DNA of 64,000 nt from Oculina patagonica. Taxonomy: Eukaryota. Below, one piece after another: positions 36,515 to 50,522 of this stretch. The position numbers were made by a program, and so were the translations under genes. The notes under the pieces were generated by a model. It was not told the DNA's origin and did no database searches. It was given only the letters and a program-made list of their open reading frames with translations. Where the stretch lies: the NCBI RefSeq assembly GCF_052425735.1, contig NC_135761.1, positions 5,022,001 through 5,086,000 of the forward strand, given 5' to 3'. The first letter of the stretch is position 1. Every line of letters starts with the position of its first letter.

Positions 36515-37035
36515 CAGTGGAACCCCGATATAACGATCCTCGATATAACGATATTCCCGATATAACGATGAATATTCTATGTCCCAGCAAAAGTTACAGT
36601 AAAATGTATGGGACGGAACCCTGATATAACGATCTTCGATATAACGATATTCCCGATATAACGATGAGAGTTTAGCGTAAAATCCTCCCGATATAACGAT
36701 ATTATCAGTACACAGTCACACTTTTATTTGCAAAACATCGAATTTAATGCAATAACATTACGGTAATCAAGTCATCTCTAACGTTTCTAAAAACAGCTTT
36801 GTACGATGATATACGAAAATGATACTGTGTTCTAAGCCTTCTTATCAAAATTATTCTCTTTATCCTCCTCTAATATGCAGTAAAAAGTACTTGTTAGGTT
36901 TACCCCGATATAACGGTTTTTTTCGGTTATTTTACGGCCATATCGTTATATCGGGAGTTTCGATATAACGATTCTTCGATATAACGATATAATTTTACTG
37001 CTCCCTTGGCATATCGTTATATCGGGGTTCCACTG
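36515..37035. mobile_element. Pogo/Tigger-like MITE with CGATATAACGA repeats
   Basis: TA-CAGTGGAACCCCGATATAACGAT ... ATCGTTATATCGGGGTTCCACTG-TA; about 350 bp upstream of the NFS1 ATG. Confidence 0.85.
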
Positions 37036-39834
37036 TATTGTTGTCTTTGGAGTTATGCTGTTCGCTAAGCTTAAAATCGGGACAAGTAGGCACGCAATGC
37101 GTATACGCTTATCAGACCGTACCTGAACGTCGAATATTGGAAATTGCATTTTATCATTACAGCCGCACGGTCAGCCTTTCCTGTTTTTTTTTTTTTTTTG
37201 AATTCTCTACAGTTTGCTAACCAGTTCCAACAGGAACTGGTTTCTTTGTATTGTCCGTTGGCTCTTGCAGAAATTTAAAGTCAGTTCAAGCCTATTTAGC
37301 AGTTCACCTTTCCCCAGTGCTTCGTTCAGGTTGTCGTTCTTGGATCTTGGATCTTTAGTGCTCGTTGCTAATTAAGTTGTCAGCGTTAACATTATAAGAG
37401 AGAAACATGTTACTCCTTTTAATTTCGTATCCTCAGTAAAAGTCTGACTTACGGTGTACTGGAAAAAAAGTTAACATTAACTAGTCCGCACAAGATCCGG
37501 AGAGGAAGCACAAGTCAAATATAAGTGCCGCATACAAACACTCATGTATGCCGTCACCAATGCATGCATTGTTTGTTGAATTGCTTCTTTAGGTTACCAA
37601 ACCGCGCGCGCAAGGTTCATATGATAGACGAGCTGCCGGAAACGGTGTCTTCCTTAAAAAAAAGTTGTGGTTGAGACAGACTCATGCCGACTCTGTGGCA
37701 AAGATATGTCGGTTGTCGGTTTGTTCCGTTCTGAAGCACTCTCGCTAACAATAAATGGCGTTAACACTGTAGTTAATTTTTCTCTTGGTTAATAAAAAGT
37801 AAGGCTAAAAATATAAATAGGAAAAGTCAAAGAGAACATATTTTGTTGCAACGAGGGTTCGTCTTCTCTTACGTTTTTTCAGTATGTGATTATGAGCTAA
37901 GAAAGCGAATTGAATGCTTGGCTCTGCTCAAACTCAAACTTAGCGCTTCACGAGCGATCTAAGCCTCTTAGTGTACAATAATAGCATTTTCACAACCTAC
38001 ATCACGGGAATGTCATTCGTAAAATATAATAAAACGAAACGGGAATAATGTAAAGGCGTGTTATTCCGCTTTCATTATACTCGTGACTGTTCTAGTTCTA
38101 CCTGTTGGCCAGTGAAGCAATATATATTTTTTGCTAGGTCTTTTCAAAGCGTACTTTTCGTGTGGAATTTTAAGATTGTTTTGTTAAATAAGTGCGGTTA
38201 AAGTTTTGAGCTGATTATTTAACGCGGATAAATTTTCATAAATGAAAAACATGTTGGCTCGATCGATCACATCTAACCAAAGGTCAGGTTCGTATGATAT
38301 GCAAATTTTATCAGTATGAATATAAACGACTAAACCGGTTGAACCACTGTTTACAATCTTGCACGTGCATAAAACGTGAAAAAACACCCAAGACCCTTCC
38401 ATGATCTGCTTCGGGCGATTAAACTTGGCCCATTTGCCAGTTTATTAGAGGCTCTATATTACTATAACTTTATTTTTTTCTAGCAAGTATCCCCAGACTT
38501 TATAGCACAGTTCATTGTTTGTTATAATTTTTATAGCTCGTCTAATTCACTTAGAGAACACTAAGTGCTGCAGAAATTTTTCTTGGTAGGACCTCAAAGC
38601 GCCAATATTTCACCCTCGGGATAATTTTGCGAACTGGGGATAAAAAAAACATAAACGCTGACACAGTTTATACTTTGAAAGAACTAAGAGTAGCTGGATC
38701 AGTGCACAGAGGAATTGAATTCAAGGAGGTCTTTTTGTTTTATTTCCGATTCGTGCATGTGTGGTTTCCGCCGATTTCAAGCCTATTGCAACGGATGCGG
38801 CGAACTGGAAACTTGGGATTGCCAGCCACCTCTGGTTTTCAGTCTTAACATATTTTTTATGTGCCTTGCAAAGAATATTTTTCCTTTTCCGAAAATAATT
38901 AATCAACCGCCGTTTATTTACCAGCAAAGAGTATGCGAAACAAAAGCAGTAACTCCCGCTTCATCAGTCGGACGGCCCACAGTGACAAATTAAAATAATT
39001 CACTGATCGCAAATTGGTAGTTGTTTCGTTTATTCTGCTGCAGCACTTGAATGGTTTTATCGGCATGTTTCAGTCTAATTTCATTTTAATTTCATCACGA
39101 AAGATCCTTTGTCGCTAAACAGAAATACTTTCAAACGATTTTCAAATAAATTTGTAACTCCGCGAGTTTACTTATAGCTACTTATTTTTGTGTGTGTGTA
39201 ATTGCATCCATGCAGCGAAAATTGCACAGATTACAAGCGAAATTTCAATAAGGCAAGTCGAGGCTTGTCTTGCGTGAGAAAGAATCGATTAACGCTGAGC
39301 TTGCTTTTCGTGAATTAACATAAAAAAGAACTTTGGTGGTGTGACTTAATTTGTAAGTTCTTTGCGGTATAAATTACTATCTCATTACCATAAAGAAACA
39401 AAAATAATTTGCTTGACTTGCCGGCTAAGAAAGACGGGCCATGGCAGGAAAATTTTTTGAACCAACTTCTTTTTACAGTTGAAATATCATGTGTTTGCTC
39501 TTAACTCGTCAGAAACTTCCAATAAATAGCATTTTGTACTGTTGTACATTCTAAAAACAAATTTTCACACTTTTGCAAAACTTGCAAAACCGGTCATGAC
39601 CCGTCACCTAAACTCGAACTACTTGCATGGTTGCAGGAAAATTTTTGATCAAAACCCTGAAACAACGGTTGCTAGCCGGTAAACTTCGCTCTGAGGATCG
39701 CAGAGGGAGTTTCGATGGAGGTTTGGTCGAAAATCGAGGCGAATCGACGGAAAATGGTCGAAGATTTGGTAAATGTGAGTTAGCGGTGTCCCCTGTATGT
39801 GTCAACAAAGAGCACAGCTGACCTGCTTGAAGGG

Positions 39835-42800
39835 ATGGAAGCGAAACCGCTTCGGGTACAGCTCGAGCGTCGAGTCGACTCGTGTTGGTCGTGGGTTGTA
39901 TGTTTTTCTTCTTTCATCGTTCAGTTCTTAATTCTTGGAACTCACAATTCATTCGGTTCATTCTTCGTGGCATTACTGCAAGAATTTAAACGAAGCGAGG
40001 CCGAGACAGGTAAGAAAATATCGAATTATTTACCCCACAAACTGGCTGGCTCGCCAATAAAAAATTTATTGCGGTAACAGGTTATGTTGAAAAAAACTCT
40101 CGCAAATTTTGTAGCTGGACGTAATTTACGTTCTGTGTTTGTTACAGATAATTTTGAGCGGGGCAAGAAAATCGAGGCAAATCAAAGCGAGGAAAAATTT
40201 CGCAGCCGCTTTTTCACTGCTCGAAAAAAATATTTTGTGTGCATACGGTATGTTATATAACAAGGCTTGCTTGTATATTCGGGCAGGAAATCGGTCCGTA
40301 CGATGTAAACAACTTTTCTAAATTGCAACCAGATTGGCAATGCTGTTAGAAAATTTAAGCTCTTTGAAATTCTGCGCCACCACAAGTCTTCCTGACATTT
40401 TACTTACAGGCGGTTTGACCGGAAAAATTTTGTGTTCTATTCCCGGCGCCTTAGCCGATGATCTAACTCGTTCGATTCACGGATGAGTAACTCACAAAGG
40501 AAAAACCCTTGTCATGTGACCGCACCCTGAGTCAGGCCGCCAACGGCGCACAAGGAACTCGAATTTTCCATTACCGGTAATTTCATTTTCAGTTGCAGGG
40601 GATCAGTTATTTCCCTTACAGTTTTTTTTTATCTTCAGCTAGCAATGTTTAGAAAATGCCGTTTTGTACCGTGTTTATGTTTTGGCTCAGCGATGCGCGC
40701 AATGGTAATCAGTTCGATTTTATGAAAAGCCTTTAATTTTATAGCGACTGGGGCGCTGTGATTCGCAACATTTTATACAAGTCTAATGTTATTTCCCCGC
40801 AAAATACTGGTCAGCCTCCAAAGTATGACTTTGGATGCGAGTGCAATTTTTAATGCAGGAAAGTTTTTTTCCAATCGGTAAGGGTCGTTCGCACAACAGC
40901 GATTTTGCACCGCAGCAACGCTGAGTGGAAGATATTTAAATTTGCAAGTAAAAACAAATTTCTTTGCGAGGTCATTCGCACGCTACTGAGTTGTACATCG
41001 AGACTAAAATAACGAAAATATGACAGGATTTGCTTGATCCGCAGACTGCTTAACCTCGCATGGCGTCGGATATTGGTCAGATTGCAAGAAAAAAAAACAT
41101 CGTAACGTAATATCAATGAATAAAATGAGGAAAATTCCATCGATTTCCGTTGATTATTAAATTCTTCGAAAAGCCAGTTGACAGTTCGATCGCTTCTTGT
41201 GTGTCCTTGTTTTCGCTGAAATCGGTCACCGGAAGCAAAACAAGCATAAACAGTCCAAGACTCGCCAAACAGGGTTTTCCCGGAGGTAAATAATCAGAAA
41301 AAAAAGTTGATTTGCATTATAATGATATCTGTTACCCGCTGGCAATTCGGGCTTTTTATGCGCCAACTAGCATACGTAATTTTAATAGCTGGACTTTAAA
41401 ACGATCTCAAAATCGCAACAAAAGCGCCAATAAGTATAATAAATCATGGTGAGCTCAAATTAACCACAGCGAAATCGAGTTTGGGTCTTCTTGGGTGAGA
41501 TTTTGAGAGAAAACATTCAAAGCCTCACTGGCAATGTTTACAAAATATTCAGAGGAAACCCCAACAGCTGTTTACACAACTAAAACACAGGCACAAAGTC
41601 CAAACTGCATAAACACGTACAGCAATTAAAAAACCGCAAAAGCATGTTTCTCAGAAATGTCGGGCTTATAACGATATATAACATAATCATTTGATAGCTT
41701 GTAGGTTAGAGTTAAAGTTATTCCTTGAAAATTAAATTGTCATTTCTCATTTTTGCGAAGCTTCGAACGGAAAAGGTGTTAACAAAAGATACCAAGTTTT
41801 CATGGAAATGAATTAACTTGGAATTATCGTATGATATTTTTTGTAACTTTTCTTCCTTTATTTTGTTCGCTGGCCATAATTTTAGTTGAGCGATAATGTG
41901 ATAAAAACAAACAGTGAATTTACATGTTTTCCTCCACCCTTGCCTCGAGGTCTTATAACATAACAGCTTTTTAACGAAAACAAAATTAGCATATTGAATA
42001 AATGCAATTAAACTGCCCTTTGAAAGGCAGCTCATAAAAACTCGGCAGCAACAAACCATACAGAATAATGACACTTTTAAGACTGTTTGCTTCCTAATTC
42101 CTGCAAAGAATCATTTATGTTTTTAACTTTTATTAAGATTAAGTAACTCGAGCTACACCAGGGTTTAGTTCGTCTGCAACGCAGCTACATACATACATAC
42201 ATACATTAACTTTATTTTATCTCAGATTTTCAGCTAGCTAGCTGAATGAAAGATCTCGTGTTTCAAGGTGCGAGGACCAGTGTAGGGTGGCCCTCTCAAC
42301 TAGTATCTCATCTAATTGCATCTTTATAGGGGGGAGGGGGGCTTTCATTTATTAGTGCAAGGGGGTGACAAGATTTTTTTGGGGGGGGGGTACGTTATTT
42401 TGCAAGCTAATTAGGGGGGTTACAGCAAATGATGGGCAAAAAATTTAAAAAAGATAAAAAAGGTTGAAATACTGGGGGGATATGTGACATTTTTCCCTAC
42501 CAACCGGGGGGTGGGAGGTAATATTTAAAAGCCACTCCAACTGATTTTGGCAACCCCCCTTTCCCCCCATGCACTAATAAATGAAAGACTCCTTAGCAAT
42601 ATTAGACAGAACTGATATCGTTTGGCTGCTTTCGGGTTTTCCGATGTTTTCTAGTGGTGTAATGCGATCGGATGTGTTTGTATTCATTCGGATGCCCCTG
42701 GGGCCATTATCATCGTAGCTCAGCAGGTAGAGGATTTCCAGGAGTGCACAAGATCATCGGCTAGAACTGAGGTCTCGCACGTTTTCTTCTAGGCTTTCTC

Positions 42801-45800
42801 TGAAAAGTCACTTTCTCTTTCTTTCAACGTTCCAGATGCGATCGATTATACTGAAAAATTTTCGGGTTTGTTTTAAAAACGCGTTGGGACTGTTCAGATA
42901 CGATTCGGACATAAGCTGAATGCAACTATTTCCTTTTGATGTATAATTTTTGTAAGCGAGCGGCGTATCTAAGCCTAAGCGATCCGTATGGTACGCATTG
43001 CATGCAACGCATTGCGTTTCAACGCTTAATACAAACCGAATTTCCTGAGTTGCTCTTTTTAAGCCAATTCTTAAAGAGGGAGATTATACCCGAAGGTCGT
43101 CAATTACGGAAATTCTCGTTCACGCTTCAAGGAATCCAAAAACGCTCTCATTATCCCATAGATCTGTGTTTAACGGTGTTTTGTAAATATTTGGCCGATT
43201 TTGGGGTCGATGTTGATAGAAGATAGTTTTTTCGCAAAAGATCATTAAAATTTAGAGAAATAAAAAAATGGAGATTTATTGGCAGGGAAAAGCACCTGAT
43301 AGCCTGCAGTGCTCTTGCATGGGGACATGGGAGTCAACTGTCTAGTGGTGTTTCAATTTTTTTTTCTTCAATCTCTTCATTAAACCTCTTAAAATTTCTT
43401 TTAAATTCAGCTATATCGCCCCCTTAATTGTCTCATTGCATTTTTCAACAGCATGGATAGGCTCCCTAGCGATGGGCATCACTTATATGGCAGCACCAAT
43501 CACCACAAGCCTGTGCGACCGCTGGGGATGCCGGGTGGTCATGTGTCTTGGCAGCGTGACTTATATGGCAGCGATGCTTCTGACGTCACTTGTCCCTCAT
43601 ATGTCACTCATGTACATTACCTATGGTGTCATGTTTGGTTTTGGTTCCAGTTGCTGTTACTTCTCGTCTTTCTACATCCTTGTAGTTTATTTTAATAAGC
43701 ACCTCGCTTTAGCCAATGGCATTGCCGCGGCCGGCGCTGGAGCGGGGACTATGTCCGTTAGCCTGACCGTCGACAAGTTAATCTCCACGTTCGGTTTGAG
43801 AATGACCTTTCAGTGCATGGCAGGGCTGTCTGTGATTCTTTTCTTAGCTGGACTGACATTCCTTCCAATAGACTTTAGAGAAGGAGACGACGATTTCTTC
43901 AAGAAGAAGGCATTAATGGAAGAACAAATGCAGAAAAAGACAAAAGACAAATTTATTTCCAGCATTAAAAGACTGCTCAAGCCTGCTCCTGTGTGGGGAA
44001 ATAAGGCTTTTGTTGCATGGACAGTCGCTTTGGCCATGACTCTTATTGCCTACTACATTCCTTACATGTATCTGGTAAGTGTTTTGATTAATAACGATGC
44101 AGCGAGTGTTTTGGTTGGCGAGAGTTAGATGCCCGTTCACCCTAGATACATAGGTCCTAAACCGTACATTCATCCTGACCTCCTACTTATAATTACTGGT
44201 TATGCTTCCTTTTCTACAGGTCCGTCTGGCAGAGGGCATAGGGATACCCTCTACACAAGGAGCCTTACTGGTCGGCTACTTTGCCTTGGCCCAAACAGTT
44301 GGCAAGATCTTCTTTGGCAAGCTTGGGGACTCGTCTCGAGTCAGCCGCTTGAGCCTGACCCAGATAGCTCTTTTGGTCATCGCTGTAGCAGCCTGTCTGT
44401 GTCCCTTGGCCCGTTCTCACTCAGCCCTTCTCACGTACTCGCTGGTTTCGGGCCTTTTTGATGGGTGTCTGTGTGTGATGATCGGTCTTGTTACTCATGA
44501 CATTGTGGGCCGGCAAATGATGGCCAAAGCTGTTGGCACCATGTATGGCATCGTGGCGATCCCGATGACAGTGGGACCTCCCATGGCAGGTAGATATCAA
44601 TATTATTTAGTTTCGTTGGCAGTTATTTCCTTCTGCGTTACGTAACGCAATATTCGTCTACGTGTTGCGTGATTTTCGTGACCAGTGACTGTTTTCGACG
44701 GAGAACTCCGGCATCTGTACTTGTGATTGTGCGTGTACTTGATGTGCTTTCAATTTGTAGGTGACGCGCACACACATGTACTCACACTTTTGTCTTTTTC
44801 ATGCGATTAAACCCAAATTTTCACCTTTTATCATTCCCAGGTCCTGCTCTGTTTAGAGCATGATAATGTCCGAGTTAACCAAGGAGATGCCATCGGGTAT
44901 TTCTGCTTTTCCTTGCCAACCATGTGCCTGCCTGAATCAGATTGGATTGATGAGGCTCATAAGTAACCCGAGGATCGTCATTTTTTGCTTCATTTCTATT
45001 TCTATCTTGCAGGTCTGCTCTTTGACAGCACAGGCAACTACAATATCGTCTTTTTCCTGGCTAGTGGTCTCGTCATTGGTGGTAGCTGCGTCATGTTCCT
45101 CATTCCAAATCTTCTTCCCTCTAAGCTCAGCGTGCTCAAGGTCTTCACTCCTGAAATCATTGTCTCGGCACCACATAGCCTTAATAACGAAGACGACCAC
45201 GACGACTTTGTAGAGAACGAAAAAGCCATAGTACGGTCTTCCCATGTATCTTTTAAGAGCTTCGCTGACCAATTTGAGGTCGACAGAAGTCGCCTGTTGT
45301 TAGACCGATCCCCAAATCTAAGCTCGCGACCGAGCAGTTTCGTGTTATTCTCCATCGTCCCAGAGGGAAGCTTCAGAGATCTGTCACAGTCAAATGAACG
45401 GTATTCCAATAGCAGAGAGGCAAGCTACACATCGCTAGCAAGACTTTCGGAAATAAGAGTTGAAAGTCGCGTGAACAGTTGTGCCAGGTTAGAGCCCGTT
45501 GAAGAAGCCGAAACTTCAGATTCGTGTGTGTCGTCTGAGTGTCTTGATGTAATAATAGAACCTCGACCGGCTGAAACTGAACTTGTTGTTACATCACAGT
45601 CGTGTGATTCCATCGATGAGTCTGCTAGCCACGTTAAAGCTATAGATGAAAAATCAGACCACAATGAGAAAGACAGTGTGCCGCACATAACTGTTTCCAT
45701 CTCGACCGAGAGTGGGTTTGCTTCTGAAGAATCTGTTGCTAGCTCTTATGACACTAAGGAGTTTGTTTCCTCTGCCACGAATCTCAGTGAAAACCGACTA

Positions 45801-46457
45801 AGCGCGTATTCCTGGAATTCAACTGGCAGTGATTTGTCATGGAAGACCCAGTGTTCGGAGGCTGGTACTGAAGACAGTGGCTATGCTGAGGAAGTAACGC
45901 CATGTCTTGCGGAAGATAAATTTGAGGGGCTCCTAAGTGGACATAAAGATTCCATAAACACTTACTTCTCTCAAGATAACCTCAAATCAGACTTGATAAA
46001 TCAGAGCAGCAACTGTCACTGTGACAAAAACCTTGATGCGACGGAGACCAACACTGAGTTCAGTAGCTTTGTAGATTACGATGTGGAGCATGCGCACTCC
46101 AAGAAAGAAGGACCACTTATCATAGATCCGGGACCTTCTGATTACTTCAGCGAACTCCTGGAAAGCCAGCTGGAAGATCAGACACAATGCGCATGCGGTA
46201 AAGACAAAGATGAGTTCGTCGGTAAGCTAGTTTCCGATGCCAAAGAAACACTTGAACAAAAAGAACTTTTTATCGCCGATTTGCCTCAGCCACCAGACAT
46301 TTACAGTCAGTTGTTTGAAGGAATACTGGAAGAAGTGAACGAATACGTGGATACCGGTAACTTCTCGGAATTTTCAAACTGCTGCGACTCGCTGAAAACA
46401 TGGCCAAAAGTAAGCATGACAGACCTAAAATCTTGCGAACGAGAAACTGTGGTGTAA
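39835..46457 (+). CDS. SLC16 / monocarboxylate transporter family MFS protein, 4 exons, about 870 aa
   Basis: Exons 39835-40009, 43452-44074, 44220-44589, 45013-46457 with GT-AG and matching phases (2613 nt). Motifs: DSCWSWVV, AWIGS, DRWGCR, YFNKHLALANGIAAAG, GPPMAGLLFD. Exact orthologue not assignable by eye. Confidence 0.9.
42338..42592. mobile_element. MITE
   Basis: CTTTCATTTATTAGTGCA / TGCACTAATAAATGAAAG inverted repeats. Confidence 0.6.
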
Positions 46458-49187
46458 ACTTAACTCTTGCATCAGCACAAAACAAGTTAGTGATGCCAAG
46501 GAATCAAAAAGCTTGAGAATTGGGGCCTAGCCTCGACACCAGTCTTTACAAAAAAGCGCGTGTGCTTCCGAATTTTTTTTTGTATTCTTCCTAGAAAACG
46601 GAGAGAAACGACCTAAATAGGGAATAGCGAAGCGTAAAGATTCCTTAATATTCAGTTGTCTTTGCAAACCGTACAGTGTGATGCATCACTCGTTGCCATG
46701 TGTTTTTTGAAAGTCCTTAATCAATTAATTCTTACGACTTTTCTGATACCGGATTTCGAACTAACATACAAAGAGCAAATGATTTATGAATAAGGACAAT
46801 TTATCATCGGCCCAGGGTGAACGTTTCTTTGAAGCCATCACTTTACTCATTGGAAACAATGCATGATAGAAAAAAAAAAGCTTTTCGAAACTAACTTATT
46901 GAGTGGCAACATTGCTGTGCATTACACTGTAGGGAAACTAATATAAAAGACCTATGTTGGTCGTAGCTGTTATGAAATGCTGTAAGACAGGGTGATCTAA
47001 AGAAAATTATATCTTAACAAGGCCCTATTTCAATGAGAATCGCAGTGGAGCTGTTTTAGGGCACAAACAATTGATTCAATAGGGAATCGCAGGAACCCCC
47101 TCCCCTCCCCGCAATCGACCTCCGTGAGTTGCGCACGTCAATCCAACCAACGCCCCCCTCCCCCACCACCGTAAACGTATAACTCGAGAAGAATTCTCTT
47201 GGCTCAGAAAAATTCTCTCTCTTAGGTCATCCTCTCTTTCTTTCGTCTAAAGTAAAAATTATTTTAACTGCTTAATGAAGAAATATTTAACTTGATTTCC
47301 CTTTTTTTTGAGCGCATTTTTCATTTCCAGTTAAGATAAATAACTGATATCGAAATTGTAGGAGAAACAGAATATATTTTTAGAGAGCGTTAAAATTATA
47401 ACTACAACATATGAAGGCTTTTGCAATCTCAATGACTAAGCCATAACACTGAAAATTGCCTAATATATCTATCGGTCGAAAAAAAAGTCGATTTATTATA
47501 AAAAAGTAAATCATATGTTATTTTATAAATATTTGGGGTGGGTTAAGTACTTAAAGATATTTTGTTGATAAACTAAATCCTTAACTTAAAAACATTCTAT
47601 TTTGTGAAATCGGGAAAATCTAATAAAGCTGTTTTATTTATTTTTTGGAAACTTTCAGTTCACGTGTTTGTGTTAAGGAGAAAAGTCAACTGATTCGTTA
47701 GTGAAAACTACTTCAAAAAAGTGAAACCGTTATTTATTCGTTGTATATAAGCATCTAAGATATCAACCAATTCAAGGGTATATTTTATAAAAAGGGTGTG
47801 TAGAGCTATTTAAGGCGATGGAGTTCAATTTATTTAAATACAGTATTTAATTTGTTTTTCGTGTAGAAGCTGGGTGGCAAAGTTGACAGGTGATGCTGTC
47901 ATGTATGTCGCACAGTCTATCCCATCGTTGGGAAAATAGGTTACGGTAGCTATGAATTTTCAGTAAAGTTTGGCGACTCATGAAATGAAGGTCTTAAAAT
48001 ATACATCAAATTTGAAACGGGAATCTCAATTAAAAGGGAGCGTTTACAATGACAACTCCCCTTTAGTAATTAGTTTTAGAGCAGCAGCATTTCAGCTGTA
48101 GAGAGCATTTAGATTAATTATCAATTTTTGTCTTCCATGAAGATTTATACTGATTAAATTTAGGAAAGAATAGTGCTCGTTTTGTTAAGGAGAATTAATT
48201 GAGAACAAAGGAAGCAACAATTCAAATGTTGTGAAATAATTGTACAGGAAACAGAAATTAAAAGATTTATCGTTTCGTATTGGCTTGTGCACGTTCTTTG
48301 AAGATCTGACATCCCTTCAGGAAGCCTGCCTGCTTTAGACTCTATATTACATCATTCACGGCCTGGACATGAGCCTTAGACATGTAACACCCATGATACT
48401 TATACGGAAATGAGCCCCAAACATACGGCAGATGACTCCCCTACTGCCAAAGTAATCAGCCCCAAACCAGAAACCTACAACCCTCTGCTCATGCATGGCC
48501 TTTGTGAGAGGGTAGCAAAGGGTTTATGCGTGACACATGAAAAGGGCAATAAACAGACCGTGACGCATGATAATAGCTAGAAAAGAGAAGTGATTCGTGA
48601 ATGAATACTGCTGTTTCAAGAATATGTGACACGTGAATTTAAAACTGGATCACGAGCCCCCAATTACTACCCTCTTGTGAGCCGTGATTAGCGTGTGCAT
48701 AAAGATTAATTTTGCGATCGTAGTAGGTCTAGTAAATGCAAGCCAAAAAGCCAAAATCCATACTTATTTCGGAACACAAGTTAATGATCAATAGCATGAC
48801 TCGGTTTCACATTGCTAGTTGTAATGACTGTAAAACGTGCACAGTGGCTATCCTATATAGTGAAGGGAAAAACAACGACTGGCAGATATCGCTTTCGATA
48901 TGACAGTCAAACAGGGACGGCGAAACATTTTTCCACGTGGGGGGCTGACTAGTGACTTAAAGTGGGGGGGGAGGCTTAAGCGACTCTTCCCTTTGTAGTT
49001 CTTCATTTTTTCGGAAAAAGTGGGGGGGGGGGGCTAAAGCCTCCCCCCGTCTCCGCCGTCCCCGGCAAAAGTGTCCCGAGAGTGGTACTCGTTGATGTTG
49101 AGACCAAACCGCATAGAAGTTCTTCAGCTCATACTTGCTAACACCACAGGCAGACAATCCTCTGTTTGTGAGGCCGTGTGACATAAG

Positions 49188-49608
49188 CCCGGGGGGGGGG
49201 GGGTACTCAAAAAAGTTTTAAACGGGGAGGCTCCGCCCCGAATTCTAACCCCTTACCCTTTTATATACCATTTTGACAGAAATTGTACCCCTTTCGTATA
49301 CTTTTAAATGAAAAAAGGTACCCCTTTCATATACCTAAAAGACGTGGCGTGGACTTAAAACAGAACGTTTTCTTATCATTTTCATGTAGCGCTTAATAAA
49401 TTAAAAAAATACAGCCATAAATTACGTCTGTTCGAAATATTTTAATTAAAGGCCCTTTTAAATACCTAAGTGACAGATTTTCATACCCTTTCATATACCT
49501 AAACTCGTGAAATCCCTACCCTTTTATATACCTAAAGCCTTAAAAAGGTACCCCTTTCGGGCGGAGCCTCCCCGTATAGGCCATTATAGGGAGTACCCCC
49601 CGGCCGGG
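49188..49608. mobile_element. hAT-like MITE
   Basis: CCCGGGG...GTACTC / GAGTACCCCCCGG ends with an 8-bp flanking repeat GACATAAG / GACGTAAG. Confidence 0.7.
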
Positions 49609-50244
49609 GACGTAAGCGTTTGATCTACTTGATCTTATACGTTCACTGTAATTTGTAACATCTGTCCTGAGGGTCCTCAGCTTCAGTGATTAAACTTGTT
49701 GTGAGAAATGCCCCATAAAATACTGGATCTTGCATCTATTGATCACAAACCTTGATCTACTGTAAGCCAGATAAATAAAGTCCACTTACGTTTTGTTGTT
49801 GCGTGGTATTTTGCTTGTTTGTTTGTTTTTAGGGGGGGGGGGGGGGGGCTCAAACACAAAGGATTGTCTGTCTGTGTTTCCAATAACACAAGCAGTCTTT
49901 CACGTTGTAGATGTTGACAGCAGGTACCTAATGATCGATGCACGAAGTACGGAAAAAAATCACAAGCTCCGCAAAGTATTGGAATTATCAGAAACTGTGA
50001 CAACTGTTCTTACAAGTTTTCAGCATAGCCGCCGGCTGTGAGTATTTTTAGGTGGCGAAATCGTGTGGAAATGTAGATATTTGGAGACAAAAGAAGTATT
50101 TTTGCCTGGGCCGCATAAATAGCTAGGTCTTTCTTTAATGATTTGTACATGTAAAGAAATCCATTTGTCAAAATTAAAATATTGGCACATCACTTTGAGA
50201 GCAACTGCATGCAGCGACGAAAGAAGATTCCGTGACTAATACAC

Positions 50245-50522
50245 TGACCAATCAGCTCGCAGTATTTGACACACCTCCAATCACGCCTTTCTTTGAACAA
50301 AGCCACCGCTTGCCGCAAACAGAATATTCATGACTTTTCAATGTGCGCTTTTGTTATTCAAGCAGATATTTTAAATTGTAGTGGCATAACTTGGCTTTTG
50401 AGCTCAAGGGGCGACGACTTCGTAAACCGATAAAGCAATCATCGTGGTTATGGAATGGTCCGGAGTTATCGGCGTTTGTATAAACGACAACTCTTGAGAG
50501 GCGCCTGAAATCTTGAAGAAAG
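50245..50522 (+). promoter_or_regulatory. Possible promoter and non-coding first exon of the cytochrome b5 gene
   Basis: Two CCAATCA boxes (about 50249, 50277) and a donor-like AAG/GTTAGT at 50522. An acceptor at 57079 upstream of the ATG suggests an upstream exon exists. Confidence 0.3.
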
